Notes under the pieces: model-generated
Database searches by the model: none
What the model was told of the DNA's origin: nothing
What the model saw: the letters and a program-made list of their open reading frames with translations, nothing else
Shown: positions 52,075 through 64,000 of the stretch, piece after piece
Layout: every line of letters begins with the position of its first letter
Numbering within the stretch: position 1 is the stretch's first letter
Position numbers and translations under genes: made by a program
NCBI RefSeq assembly: GCF_003918875.1
Contig: NW_025767412.1
Location: 2,790,001-2,854,000, forward strand
Origin: Haliotis rubra
Taxonomy: Eukaryota
Reading direction: 5' to 3'
Length of the DNA stretch: 64,000 nucleotides

Positions 52075-55000
52075 AACTATGCTGGGTAGGATCACAATAC
52101 TGACGTACTTCATCTAGAAGGTATCACAATAATGACGTATCTCAGTTAAAGAATAGCACATGACTGACGTACGTCAGGTAGAAACTATTACAATTCTGAC
52201 GTACATTAGCTAGAAGGTATCTCATGACTGACGTTAGCTAGAACGTATCACATAACTGATATACATTAGCAAGTCGCTATCACATAGGTGACGTACATTA
52301 GCTAGGATATATTGCAAGACTAACGTACATTAACAAGGATATATTGCATGATTGACGTACATTAGCAAGAAGCTATCTCGTGACTGCCGTACATTAGCAA
52401 GGATATATTGCATGACTGACGTACATTAGCAAGAAGCTATCTCGTGACTGCCGTACATTAGCAAGGATATATTGCATGACTGCCGTACATTAGCAAGGAT
52501 ATATTGCATGACTGACGTACATTAGCAAGAAGCTATCTCGTGACTGACGTACATTAGCTAGGATATATTGCATGACTGACGTACATTAGCTAGGATATAT
52601 TGCATGACTGACGTACATTAGCAAGAAGCTATCTCGTGACTGACTTACAATAATTAGCTAGGATATATTGCATGACTGACGTACATTAGCAAGAAGCTGT
52701 CTCGTGACTGACTTACAATAATTAGCTAGGATATATTGCGTGACTAACGTACATTAGCTAGGATATATTGCGTGACTAATGTACATTAGCTAGGATATAT
52801 TGCATGACTGACGTACATTAGCAAGAAGCTATCTCGTGACTAACGTACATTAGCAAGGATATATTGCATGACTGACGTCCATTAGCAAGAAGCTATCTCG
52901 TGACTGCCGTACATTAGCAAGGATATATTGCATGACTGCCGTACATTAGCAAGGATATATTGCATGACTGACGTACATTAGCAAGAAGCTATCTCGTGAC
53001 TGACGTACATTAGCTAGGATATATTGCATGACTGACGTACATTAGCTAGGATATATTGCATGACTGACGTACATTAGCAAGAAGCTATCTCGTGACTGAC
53101 TTACAATAATTAGCTAGGATATATTGCATGACTGACGTACATTAGCAAGAAGCTATCTCGTGACTGACTTACAATAATTAGCTAGGATATATTGCATGAC
53201 TGACGTACATTAGCAAGAAGCTATCTCGTGACTGCCGTACATTAGCAAGGATATATTGCATGACTGACGTACATTAGCAAGAAGCTATCTCGTGACTGAC
53301 GTACACATTAGCTAGGATATATTGCATGACTGACGTACATTAGCAAGAAGCTATCTACTCGTGACTGACGTACATTAGCAAGGATATATTGCATGACTGA
53401 CGTACATTAGCAAGAAGCTATCTCGTGACTGACGTACAATAGCTAGGATATATTGCATGACTGACGTACATTAGCTAGGATATATTGCATGACTGACGTA
53501 CATTAGCAAGAAGCTATCTCGTGACTGACTTACAATAATTAGCTAGGATATATTGCATGACTGACGTACATTAGCAAGAAGCTATCTCGTGACTGACTTA
53601 CAATAATTAGCTAGGATATATTGCGTGACTAACGTACATTAGCTAGGATATATTGCGTGACTAACGTACATTAGCTAGGATATATTGCATGATTGACGTA
53701 CATTAGCAAGAAGCTATCTCGTGACTGACGTACATTAGCAAGAAGCTATCTCGTGACTGACTTACAATAATTAGCTAGGATATATTGCATGACTGACGTA
53801 CATTAGCAAGAAGCTATCTCGTGACTGACTTACAATAATTAGCTAGGATATATTGCATGACTGACGTACATTAGCAAGAAGCTATCTCGTGACTGACTTA
53901 CAATAATTAGCTAGGATATATTGCGTGACTAACGTACATTAGCTAGGATATATTGCGTGACTAACGTACATTAGCTAGGATATATTGCATGATTGACGTA
54001 CATTAGCAAGAAGCTATCTCGTGACTGACGTACATTAGCAAGAAGCTATCTCGTGACTGACTTACAATAATTAGCTAGGATATATTGCGTGACTAACGTA
54101 CATTAGCTAGGATATATTGCGTGACTAACGTACATTAGCTAGGATATATTGCATGATTAACGTACATTAGCAAGATGTATCTCGTGACTGACGTACATTA
54201 GCAAGAAGCTATCTCGTGACTGACTTACAATAATTAGCTAGGATATATTGCATGACTGACGTACATTAGCAAGAACGTATCACATGACTGACTAACAATA
54301 ATTAGCTAGGATATATTGCGTGACTAACGTACATTAGCTAGAATATATTGCGTGACTAACGTACAATTTAGCTAGGATATATTGCGTGACTAACGTACAT
54401 TAGCTAGGATATATTGCGTGACTAACGTACATTAGCTAGGATATATTGCATGACTAACGTACATTAGCTAGGATATATTGCGTGACTAACGTACATTAGC
54501 TAGGATATATTGCATGACTGACGTACAATAGCAAGAACGTATCACATGACTGACTTACAATAATTAGCTAGGATATATTGCGTGACTAACGTACATTAGC
54601 TAGGATATATTGCGTGACTAACGTACATTAGCTAGGATATATTGCATGACTAACGTACATTAGCTAGGATATATTGCATGACTAACGTACATTAGCTAGA
54701 AGGTATCACATGACTGACGTACATTAGCTAGGATATATTGCATGACTAACGTACATTAGCTAGAAGGTATCACATGACTGACGTACATTAGCTAGAAGGT
54801 ATCACATGACTGACGTACATTAGCTAGAAGGTATCACATGACTGACGTACATTAGCTAGAAGGTATCACATGACTGACGTACATTAGCTAGAAGGTATCA
54901 CATGACTGACGTACATTAGCTAGAAGGTATCACATGACTGACGTACAATAGCTAGAAGGTATCACATGACTGACGTACATTAGCTAGAAGGTATCACATG

Positions 55001-55675
55001 ACTGACGTACATTAGCTAGAAGGTATCACATGACTGACGTACAATAGCTAGAAGGTATCACATGACTGACGTACATTAGCTAGAAGGTATCACATGACTG
55101 ATGTACATCAGCTAGAACGTATCACATGACTGACGTACATCAGCTAGAACGTATCACATGACTGACGTACATTAGCTAGAAGGTATCACATGACTGACGT
55201 ACATTAGCTAGAAGGTATCACATGACTGACGTACATCAGCTAGAACGTATCACATGACTGACGTACATCAGCTAGAACGTATCACATGACTGACGTACAT
55301 CAGCTAGAAGGTATCACATGACTGACGTACATCAGCTAGAACGTATCACATGACTGACGTACATCAGCTAGAAGGTATCACATGACTGACGTACATCAGC
55401 TAGAAGGTATCACATGACTGACGTACATCAGCTAGAACGTATCACATGACTAACGTACAATAGCTAGAAGGTATCACATGACTGACGTACATCAGCTAGA
55501 AGGTATCACATGACTGACGTACATCAGCTAGAAGGTATCACATGACTGACGTACATCAGCTAGAACGTATCACATGACTGGCGTACATTAGCTGGAAGTT
55601 ATCACATGACTGACGTACAATAGCAAGAACGTATCACATGACTGACGTACAATAGCTAGTAGGTATCACATGACA
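52075..55675. repeat. Large minisatellite, 32-bp unit, about 110 copies, several variant types
   Basis: TGACTGACGTACATTAGC core followed by TAGGATATATTGCA, AAGAAGCTATCTCG or TAGAAGGTATCACA. Confidence 0.97.
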
Positions 55676-57449
55676 AAAGTACCCAAAGGATGTCATATCA
55701 TCACGGCATGTAAAAAGTATAACTTGATCAATCTGTTCATGTTACTAATGCATGCTATATTGCATATGGATACCAGATTTATACAAGAAGTGGTTCTGAA
55801 ACCTGTAAGCTTGTGTCAAGACATCAACGGTGATTCAAGAAGTAAATTAACTGCCCGTAAATGTTTAGAAGAAATTGTCAGGTGCCTTATAAAGCTATTT
55901 GGGTTTTCTTTTTTTAAACTGCTCCAAGTGAAGTGTATGTTTTATCTATAGTGTGGTTATCGTCTCCCAGCTGTCCTCGACGTCCTGCTCCCTCGGCACC
56001 TGTTTGTCAGACATCGCCACTGCCTCCATGACCCCCCTAGCTCGTCCCCTTCCCCCTCCCATGATCGTATCCCTACACCGTGCTAGCACGTAGTACCATA
56101 TTTATTACTTAGCCTTCACACAGAGGGAACTCAAATCACTTCAGCTGTTTCGGCCTTTATGTAAAATATCTTTGAAAAGACTTTTGATCTAAAGTTATTT
56201 TCAGATAACTCAAAATGAATTGACATCAAATATGGGAAATAAAATGTTCTCAAGTTGGCAAATAACCCATACCTGGTTCAGACTTTTCCTCAGATTGAAG
56301 ATGGATTTCATAATATGTTTTGTACCTTTATTGCTGTCCTTATGGTTTAATTATGACAAAACAGGTTTATAAATATCGGCTTCATTTGGTATCTTAAATT
56401 TGTTTATTTTCAAATATTTGTTTATTGAAATGTACAGGAACAAGCTTTGGACGAAGTCTCACTAATGTAAGAAAAGATTACAGTTTGAAAAATAGATACA
56501 GCGGTGGGTCGTCTCGGTGTTCTAACGCCACTCGCCGCCACATGTTCCTGCAAAGATGGACGGGGCCGTACTGCCGTCACTATTAACGGCGTTTTTATTG
56601 TGTGGTATAAAACACACGCAGCGCGATAAATGCACTTAATCAAGCAACGGTCTACGCTGCCCACCCCCGTGACCGAAGGTGAGCTTTGTACCTTTACGTA
56701 ATGTCGTAAAATTACATTCGGAAGTGCCGATTGTCGGAGCATTTCCGGTGGTAAGACCTCAAGGTTCATCAATCAAACATGGCCGAATTAGACAACATGA
56801 GCTTGGTCTGTGTCCTAATTAAGTAACATCAGCAAGTATCACGGCTCATATCCTCTAGGAAGTGGAGATGGTTGAGATCATCTTTAAAGAGGCAACAGTT
56901 TATTGGCGGAGGTAATAGGGAAACAGCTGATACACCGCTCAACGAATCGTTCAACCATCTTGCGGAAACTTCCATTGGGACAAGACACCGCTAGCACCCA
57001 ATACGAGCAAATCAACTGTGTAACGAACCTGTATAACGACAGCAAGCATGCACCGTGTGCAGGTGTTATAATTTAAATCAATAAAAGGGAGATAATTTCT
57101 CAGGAAAAGTGTTGATAATTTACGTAAACTCTTTACCAACACTGTGTATGAAAACTTATCTCTTGAAAGAACAGCAACAGAGTAAGTTGGACTAAAATAG
57201 CTTTTGACTACGTCTGCCCTGTGGAGGCCTCGTCCAACGGTACTAACGATATCAACTAGACATGTTACGTCTGGAAAGCAGACGATCAAAAAAGGCGGGT
57301 CTTTTCTCGCGCATGCACGACCCTCGAATGACGTTTCTGCCGTTGTCGAAATGTCTCTGTCGGTTTACATTGAACATCCCCTGTAAGCGAAACACAAAGA
57401 AAAGTGGTAGATGGTAATTAGCGTGGCTTCGGTGGCGTGACTGATCCAA

Positions 57450-57490
57450 CCACTAGATGGCGTTAGTTGTGTGCTAAGGTCAAGGTCACC
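57450..57490 (+). promoter_or_regulatory. CTCF-like motif next to a perfect nuclear-receptor DR0
   Basis: CCACTAGATGGCG (57450-62); AGGTCAAGGTCA (57477-88), containing TCAAGGTCA. Motif match only. Confidence 0.35.
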
Positions 57491-58849
57491 CTGTGTCATA
57501 AATTGGCGGCAGTCCATGAGACGGGCTAAACTAGATGCCGATGCCTGCAACGATAAGCATACTAGAGCAGAATTTGTAATCTTGTCACTAGCCATAATTA
57601 ACATACAGGCAAAGATAGGCGTGGAATCGTTGTTAATCAGCAATTATAATATCTACGAAACTGTCTATGAAGATAAAGACTGTAGTTTGTGTTGATTCTT
57701 TTCCCACGAAAAGTAACGTTGTCAGTAAAAGGTGCTATAATATAGGTCACCAACTACGAGTTATATTCACGAAACTCTTGAAGGAAAGGCGTGGCATTTA
57801 GTCTTTACAAGTCGTGGCGCTTAGAGTGCTAAAAGCAGGTAATGTGTTATAGTACGTTCGTGGGTTATGTGGAGTTTTAAGTGTAGCCATCTTTTTCAAT
57901 TTGTTGATACTCATTTTATTCACTTAAATCGAGCTGAAAACATATGAACACCCAGGTGGTGATATCTATCACGCATCACCATTCATATGTTGTAATTATT
58001 TCCATTGAACCGTAATTCTGGTTTACGTTCCAAGAACAACTGTGTTCAAGTTTAACCCGACTCATTGTGGCAATAGGGCGTAAATCTGCTCCTTGTGACT
58101 TGATGCAGAAATTGTTCCCTGAAATATATTTTTGATGGGATATTACACGGCAGGCATAACGGTCCTCCAGCCTCTTCTAAATCATGGACCGCATGTGTGT
58201 GATAACAGTGCGTGGACGACGTAATGCCTCTGTCATCATAGGTCTCGCTTCTACCTTGCAGACTCCCTACAGGGGCCACACAAAGGGGCAATGATGGAAA
58301 GGCCAGATTAAGTAGGGCCCAAACTTCACTGTACTTTAGCCTTGTCAGCCACAGGTGGTTCAACACAAACCAAAGCTCATCGGCGGCGGCTCCTACTGCC
58401 TTGACAGACACAGAATGTTCAAGAGTGGGGACTGACAACTTTGGGCCACTATCGTCCCTGTCATTTTCCTCGACTGTGACAAAAGGCTGAAATTATTTCC
58501 TTGACACACTGTACTTTTTGCTTGACTGACGCAGAAAGTTCGAAAACAGGCAAACTACTTTAGGGCTACTGTCCCCATTTTTCTGTAGCTTTAACGGACA
58601 GATACGACTGAATGGGAAGGGCAAAACAAAACCGGACCTTCCCTGCCTTGTTTCTATAACAGCTAGAAGAACAAGGGCAAAAATAAATAAATATTTAGTT
58701 ATTGCATCCATTGCTCTGGCAGTTGCAGAAACAAAGCGAGGAAGAATCGCAAAACTACCTAGGGTCAGCCCCTGCATTCGTTCCTTGCAAGGGCAGTCAA
58801 CTCAAAAAGGGGCTGACCGCTGGATCCACTGGAAAGAATCTGTGGTGAT

Positions 58850-59097
58850 GGTTGGTTGGTAGGTTGGTTGATTAACATCGCACTCAGCAATATTGCAGCT
58901 ATATGGCGGTGGTCTGGAAATAATCGAGTCTGGACCAGACAACCCAGTGATCAACAGCATGAACATTGATCTACGCAGCTGGGTTCCGATGACATGTGTC
59001 AACCAAGTCAACGAGCCTGACCACCCGATCCCGTTAGTCGCATCTTACGACAAGCATGGGTTGCTGAAGATCAATTCTAACCCGGATCTTCCCGGGT
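58850..59097 (-). mobile_element. SINE family C, full length
   Basis: Reverse copy; TSD-like GTGG(T/C)GATGGT flanks. Confidence 0.9.
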
Positions 59098-59729
59098 ATA
59101 GTGGCGATGGTGACTGTATTCATCAGCGAACACGACCAGGCATCTGGTCAATGTCAGTAACGTATTCGACCAAACATCTGCAACTACTGTAAATAAATAT
59201 GAATGATCGTTAACGTTCACACCGAGGTCAGGAACAGCAGATTCGTCGGAGGTGCTATCGTCAACGACCCTAAAAAATACCTGACAAAGTCAGCCCCGTT
59301 GTGAAAGCAAGCTAAACATTGACGGAGTACAAAAACTCCATCATGTAAGGTTCCAGCTAGGGGTTGCACAGAGACCGCGTGTAGCTCCTGTCTGTTTTGA
59401 GTAATGCACCATCGACCCTCAAACGATGTTCTGTGGAATCAAAGGAAAGGAAGACATCTGGCGCTTGTACCCGTAGCGATTGAGTTGAGGTGAGGAGGTT
59501 TCCAGTTGCCCTGGTCATTAGATGTGTCGGATTGTGAAGGTCGGTTATTCATCTGACAGGTACTTCGTGTTGTACTGACACCTTGATGCATGGTGATTGA
59601 CAGGAACAATCCCAGTGTACAGAACGTCGGCCACAATACCAACCCTCGTTTGTTGGGGACAGGATTTTATTGTCCACAGTGTTAAATGAATAGTGACGTC
59701 ATGATGAGGTGTGATTTGTCCACATTCTT

Positions 59730-59866
59730 NNNNNNNNNNNNNNNNNNNNNNNNNNNNNNNNNNNNNNNNNNNNNNNNNNNNNNNNNNNNNNNNNNNNNNN
59801 NNNNNNNNNNNNNNNNNNNNNNNNNNNNNNNNNNNNNNNNNNNNNNNNNNNNNNNNNNNNNNNNNN
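59730..59866. other. Assembly gap (N run)
   Basis: 137 N. Confidence 1.
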
Positions 59867-59874
59867 CATTTTAT

Positions 59875-60335
59875 GTAGCGTGTGTGCGTGGTGTGTGCGT
59901 GTGTGTGTGTGTGTGTCAGTGGTTCTGTAGGATATGTGATACATTTTCTGCAGCGCGTGTAGGTGTGTGTGATGAGTTGGAGGGGGGAGGGGAGTGTGTG
60001 TGTGTGTGTGTGTCCGTGTGTGTCTGTTTCGTTTCGGTATCTGTTGGTGTGTCTGTTGCCTGTCTGTCTATATGTCTGTCTCTTTATGTTTCTGCGCGTT
60101 TCTATGTGACTCTCTGTCCTCTGTCTGTCTGTGTGTCTGTGTGTGTCTATCTGCCTCCCTGTCTAACTCTGTTTGTGTGTCTGTGTGTGTCTATCTGCCT
60201 CCCTGTCTAACTCTGTCTGTTTGTGTATCTGTGTGTGTCTGTCAGCCTCCCTGTCTAACTCTGTCTGTTTGTGTGTCTGTGTGTCTGTCTGTGTGTGTCT
60301 ATCTGCCTCCCCGTCTAACTCTGTCTGTTTTGATA
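59875..60335. repeat. GT/CT-rich low-complexity region with ~50-bp repeats
   Basis: CTGCCTCCCTGTCTAACTCTGT x4 in (GT)n. Confidence 0.85.
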
Positions 60336-60861
60336 TATTTGTGCGTTTACTGCATGTGTTTGAATATCAATCAATCTTTATATTCAGTAGAATGACCACA
60401 TGGCCTAGAGTACAGTTATCCGAAGTATATATTACAGAGCGTCATCAGAAAGCTGGAGTATTCCTGAAGGCGTCAGTAAACAGCACACAACAAACTATCA
60501 CGATATGAGAAAGATTTTATGATCTATCCAATATCATTCTGAAGAATCAATATATTCTTTGACTTATCTGAACACGAAGTCCCCACAACCGAAAAGAAAT
60601 ATTGACTGACATTTAGAGTCAGTGCAGAAACTGCCATAAACCCGATATTTCAGTCAAAGGTGGTCAAGCTTACATTATACGGTAACATTTGATTATGTAC
60701 AACCCATGCGTGTGTCAGTGCCAGAGTTGGGAAAACCTGTAAACTTACCTGCAAATCTTAAAAACATTTGTTTCATTATATCGAGTCGGGAGCCAGTATT
60801 GCAAAAATCCGTGCAGAATTTATACACAGTGCATGGAGTTTTTAACAGACCACATGAAAGA

Positions 60862-61852
60862 CGTTGACAGATATACCAAAACGACCTGTCGACGGCAATA
60901 CGACACATATCTCACGACGGCCTGTTGTCAGCAATATGACAGATATAACACGACTAACTGTAGACGGCAATATGACACATATCTCACAATGGTATGTTGT
61001 CAGCAATATGACAGATATGCCACGACTAACTGTAGACGGCAATACGACACATATCTCACAATGGTATGTTGTCAGCAATATGACAGATATACCACGGTTA
61101 ACTGTAGACGGCAATATGACACGTATCTCACAACGGCCTGTTCTCAGCAATATGACAGATATACCACGGCTAACTGTAGACTGCAATGTGACACTATCTC
61201 ACAACGGCCTGTTGTCAGCAATATGACAGATATACCACGACTAACTGTAGACGGCAATATGACACGTATCTCACAACGGCCTGTTGTCAGCAATATGACA
61301 GATATACCACGACTAACTGTAGACGGCAATATGACACATATCTCACAATGGTATGTTGTCAGCAATATGACAGATATACCACGGCTAACTGTAGACGGCA
61401 ATATGACACATATCTCACAACGGCCTGTTGTCAGCAATATGACAGATATACCACGACTAACTGTAGACGGCAATATGACACATATCTCACAATGGTATGT
61501 TGTCAGCAATATGACAGATATACCACGGTTAACTGTAGACGGCAATATAACACGTATCTCACAACAGCCTGTTGTCAGCAATATGACAGAAAATCCACGG
61601 CTAACTGTAGACGGCAATATGACACGTATCTCACAACGGCCTGTTGTCAGCAATATGACAGATATACCACGACTAACTGTAGACGGCAATATGACACGTA
61701 TCTCACAACGGCCTGTTGTCAGCAATATGACAGATATACCACGGCTAACTGTAGACTGCAATATAACACGTATCTCACAACGGCCTGTTGTCAGCAATAT
61801 GACAGATATACCACGGTTAACTGTCGACGGCAAGGTGACATATATCTCACAA
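60862..61852. repeat. 72-bp tandem repeat (heterodimer of two 36-bp subunits), about 14 copies
   Basis: CAATATGACAGATATACCACGACTAACTGTAGACGG + CAATATGACACGTATCTCACAACGGCCTGTTGTCAG. Confidence 0.95.
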
Positions 61853-61854
61853 CT

Positions 61855-62058
61855 GTATTCAAGCTATATGGCGGCTGTGTGTAAACAATCGAGTCACGAC
61901 CAGTCAATCCAGATCAGTAACAACCCAGTGATCAACAGCATGAACATCGATCTACACAATTGGGATACGATGACATGTGTCAACCCGATTCCGTTAGTCG
62001 CCTCTTACGACAAACATGGGTTGCTGTAGACGAGTTCTATCCCGGATTTTCACGGGTT
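61855..62058 (-). mobile_element. SINE family C (internally deleted)
   Basis: Reverse family C motifs. Confidence 0.8.
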
Positions 62059-62189
62059 CATTGTATTTCGGAGGCCTGATATATATCTTTAACATTAATT
62101 CACATGGTACACAGATACTACGGTCGTGGATGGACATCGTGGTTAGAGACACAAGGGTATCCATAGCAACATATTACGACAGGTGCGCA

Positions 62190-62420
62190 TCCCATGAAGA
62201 TTCGGGTTAGAATTGGTTTTCAGCAACCCATGCTTGTCGTAAGTGGCGACTAACGGGATCAGGTGGTCAGGATCACTGACTTCGTTCACACATGTCATCG
62301 TATCCCAGCTGCTTATGTAGATCTTAATTATATCAAGCACTGGATTATCTGGTCCAGACTGGAATATTTACAGATCTCCGTCATAAAGCTGTAACATGTT
62401 TGCGTGCTCGTTAAACAACG
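62190..62420 (+). mobile_element. SINE family C
   Basis: Forward copy with intact head. Confidence 0.82.
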
Positions 62421-63369
62421 ACGGGTACGCCATATTCGTACGTGTGTACCAACATAAGTTGACTTTAAGGGTATTTTTTAAGGCTACAATTATGAAAATA
62501 TGAGTCAGCAATGAGCTCGACAAGCTTGCAGCTTCTAGATGTCCCCCTCCTTCTGTCACAGTAGGTTTCATCAGGACAATCGTTGGCTCGTGCCGTGAAA
62601 GCAGAAGATGCTCGTGTGTCATTAAATACGTCTTATGGGCACGAGACACGAGCAGGCTGTGTCGACATTGTCAGATGTATAAAGGATACATAAGCGATGG
62701 GTTCAACTGTCTGTAGAAAGCGGGGGACGCTGAGAGATAGAGAAGTGGAGTGCTTGGCTAGTCATGGGTGAATCTCACGTTCACAACAGCTGGTGTTGAA
62801 AGGACTGTTACATGTCCACTACATTACCTGGTAAAGTGTTCAGGGGACTTTCTACACGCCGGTGTCATATCAAAGTGAAATAATGTAATTCATTTCGCAT
62901 TAAACTGAGTTAATGGGAATTTGTCTATTAAATGATGTGGGAATGGAATCTGAAACCTAGATATGTTAGGTAAACATGATCGTGCGTTTAGAATTACTGA
63001 ACCGTTTTTACTTAGATAAAGCAAAACTTTACATACACGGCACTATCTAAAAACAATTGACCGACTGACAAGTAGGTAGAAGATAGCCTCAGCTGGCCGT
63101 GTAAGTGTTGTAACAGAACACCCACGTGATGCAAAGCCAGGTGATATTCAAACTGTACCTCCCACGTGATAAAAACATTGATGAAGTTCAGTGTATTCTT
63201 GTATCAATGCGAGACTTATCACAGGTATATACGGACTTGCTGATAACTATAAGGTACAGTTATATACAGGTGTATGCGTGTGTGTGTGTGTGCGTTTGTG
63301 CGTGTGTGTTTTCTGTGGTATGTTCAGTGTGTAATGTTGTAGTGTATGCAAGGCTAGTATTTTTGGTGA

Positions 63370-64000
63370 ATGTGATGTGTGCTCTTCGTATGGTGTGTAT
63401 TATGTGATGTGTGTGTTCTGTGGTGTGTCTGTATGTGATGTGATGTGTGTGTTCTGTGATGTGTGTGTTCTGTGGTGTGTCTGTATGTGATGTGTGTGTT
63501 CTGTGGTGTGTCTGTATGTGATGTGTGTGTTCTGTGGTGTGTCTGTATGTGATGTGTGTGTTCTGTGGTGTGTCTGTATGTGATGTGTGTGTTCTGTGGT
63601 GTGTCTGTATGTGATGTGTGTGTTCTGTGGTGTGTCTGTATGTGATGTGTGTGTTCTGTGGTGTGTCTGTATGTGATGTGTGTGTTCTGTGGTGTGTCTG
63701 TGATGTGTGTGTTCTGTGGTGTTCTGTGTGTTCTGTGTTCTGTGTGTGTCTGTATGTGATGTGTGTGTGTGATGTGTGTGTTCTGTGGTGTGTCTGTATG
63801 TGATGTGTGTGTTCTGTGGTGTGTCTGTATGTGATGTGTGTGTTCTGTGGTGTGTCTGTATGTGATGTGTGTGTTCTGTGGTGTGTCTGTATGTGATGTG
63901 TGTGTTCTGTGGTGTGTCTATGTATGTGATGTGTGTGTTCTGTGTGTGTGTCTATATGTGATGTGTGTGTTCTGTGTGTGTCTGTATGTGATGTGTGTGT
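63370..64000. repeat. GT-rich minisatellite, 31-bp unit, running off the window end
   Basis: CTGTATGTGATGTGTGTGTTCTGTGGTGTGT. Confidence 0.93.

Noticed and set aside
52075-55675. CRISPR-like array (constant core plus variable half)
   Set aside because: The variable parts are a few recurring variants, not unique spacers; there are no cas genes and the context is eukaryotic.
58630-58711. Signal-peptide-like MDAITKYLFIFALVLLAVIE on the minus strand
   Set aside because: The hydrophobicity arises from a T-rich tract, there is no good donor site, and no downstream exons were found.

Overview
Eukaryotic genomic DNA, not prokaryotic. The SINE repertoire suggests a mollusc, possibly an abalone-like gastropod; this is an inference. 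One complete multi-exon gene is present: a clan-7 cytochrome P450 (CYP7A1-like, about 498 aa, + strand). Its coding exons are 44690-44769, 45598-46532, 46679-46857 and 47613-47915, with a likely CCAAT/GC/TATA promoter and non-coding first exon near 42690-42814. The protein has a non-canonical, shortened heme-binding loop (FGSLCPG) and an altered I-helix. A possible 3' end of a second, unrecognised gene lies at 1802-1880 plus 5776-5993. The rest is repeat-rich. It includes a full-length but inactivated two-ORF APE/RT LINE (~15956-21100) inserted inside a 32-bp minisatellite, and three SINE families with related 3' tails. These are a tRNA-Asp-headed family A, a Meta/Deu-like family B, and a tRNA-less family C whose head can fold into a pseudoknot. 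There are also three small TIR elements (MITE-like), about ten minisatellite arrays with units mostly of 31-33 bp, microsatellites and one assembly gap. Most ORFs in the supplied track are spurious or repeat-derived. No CRISPR array, rRNA or true tRNA gene is supported.
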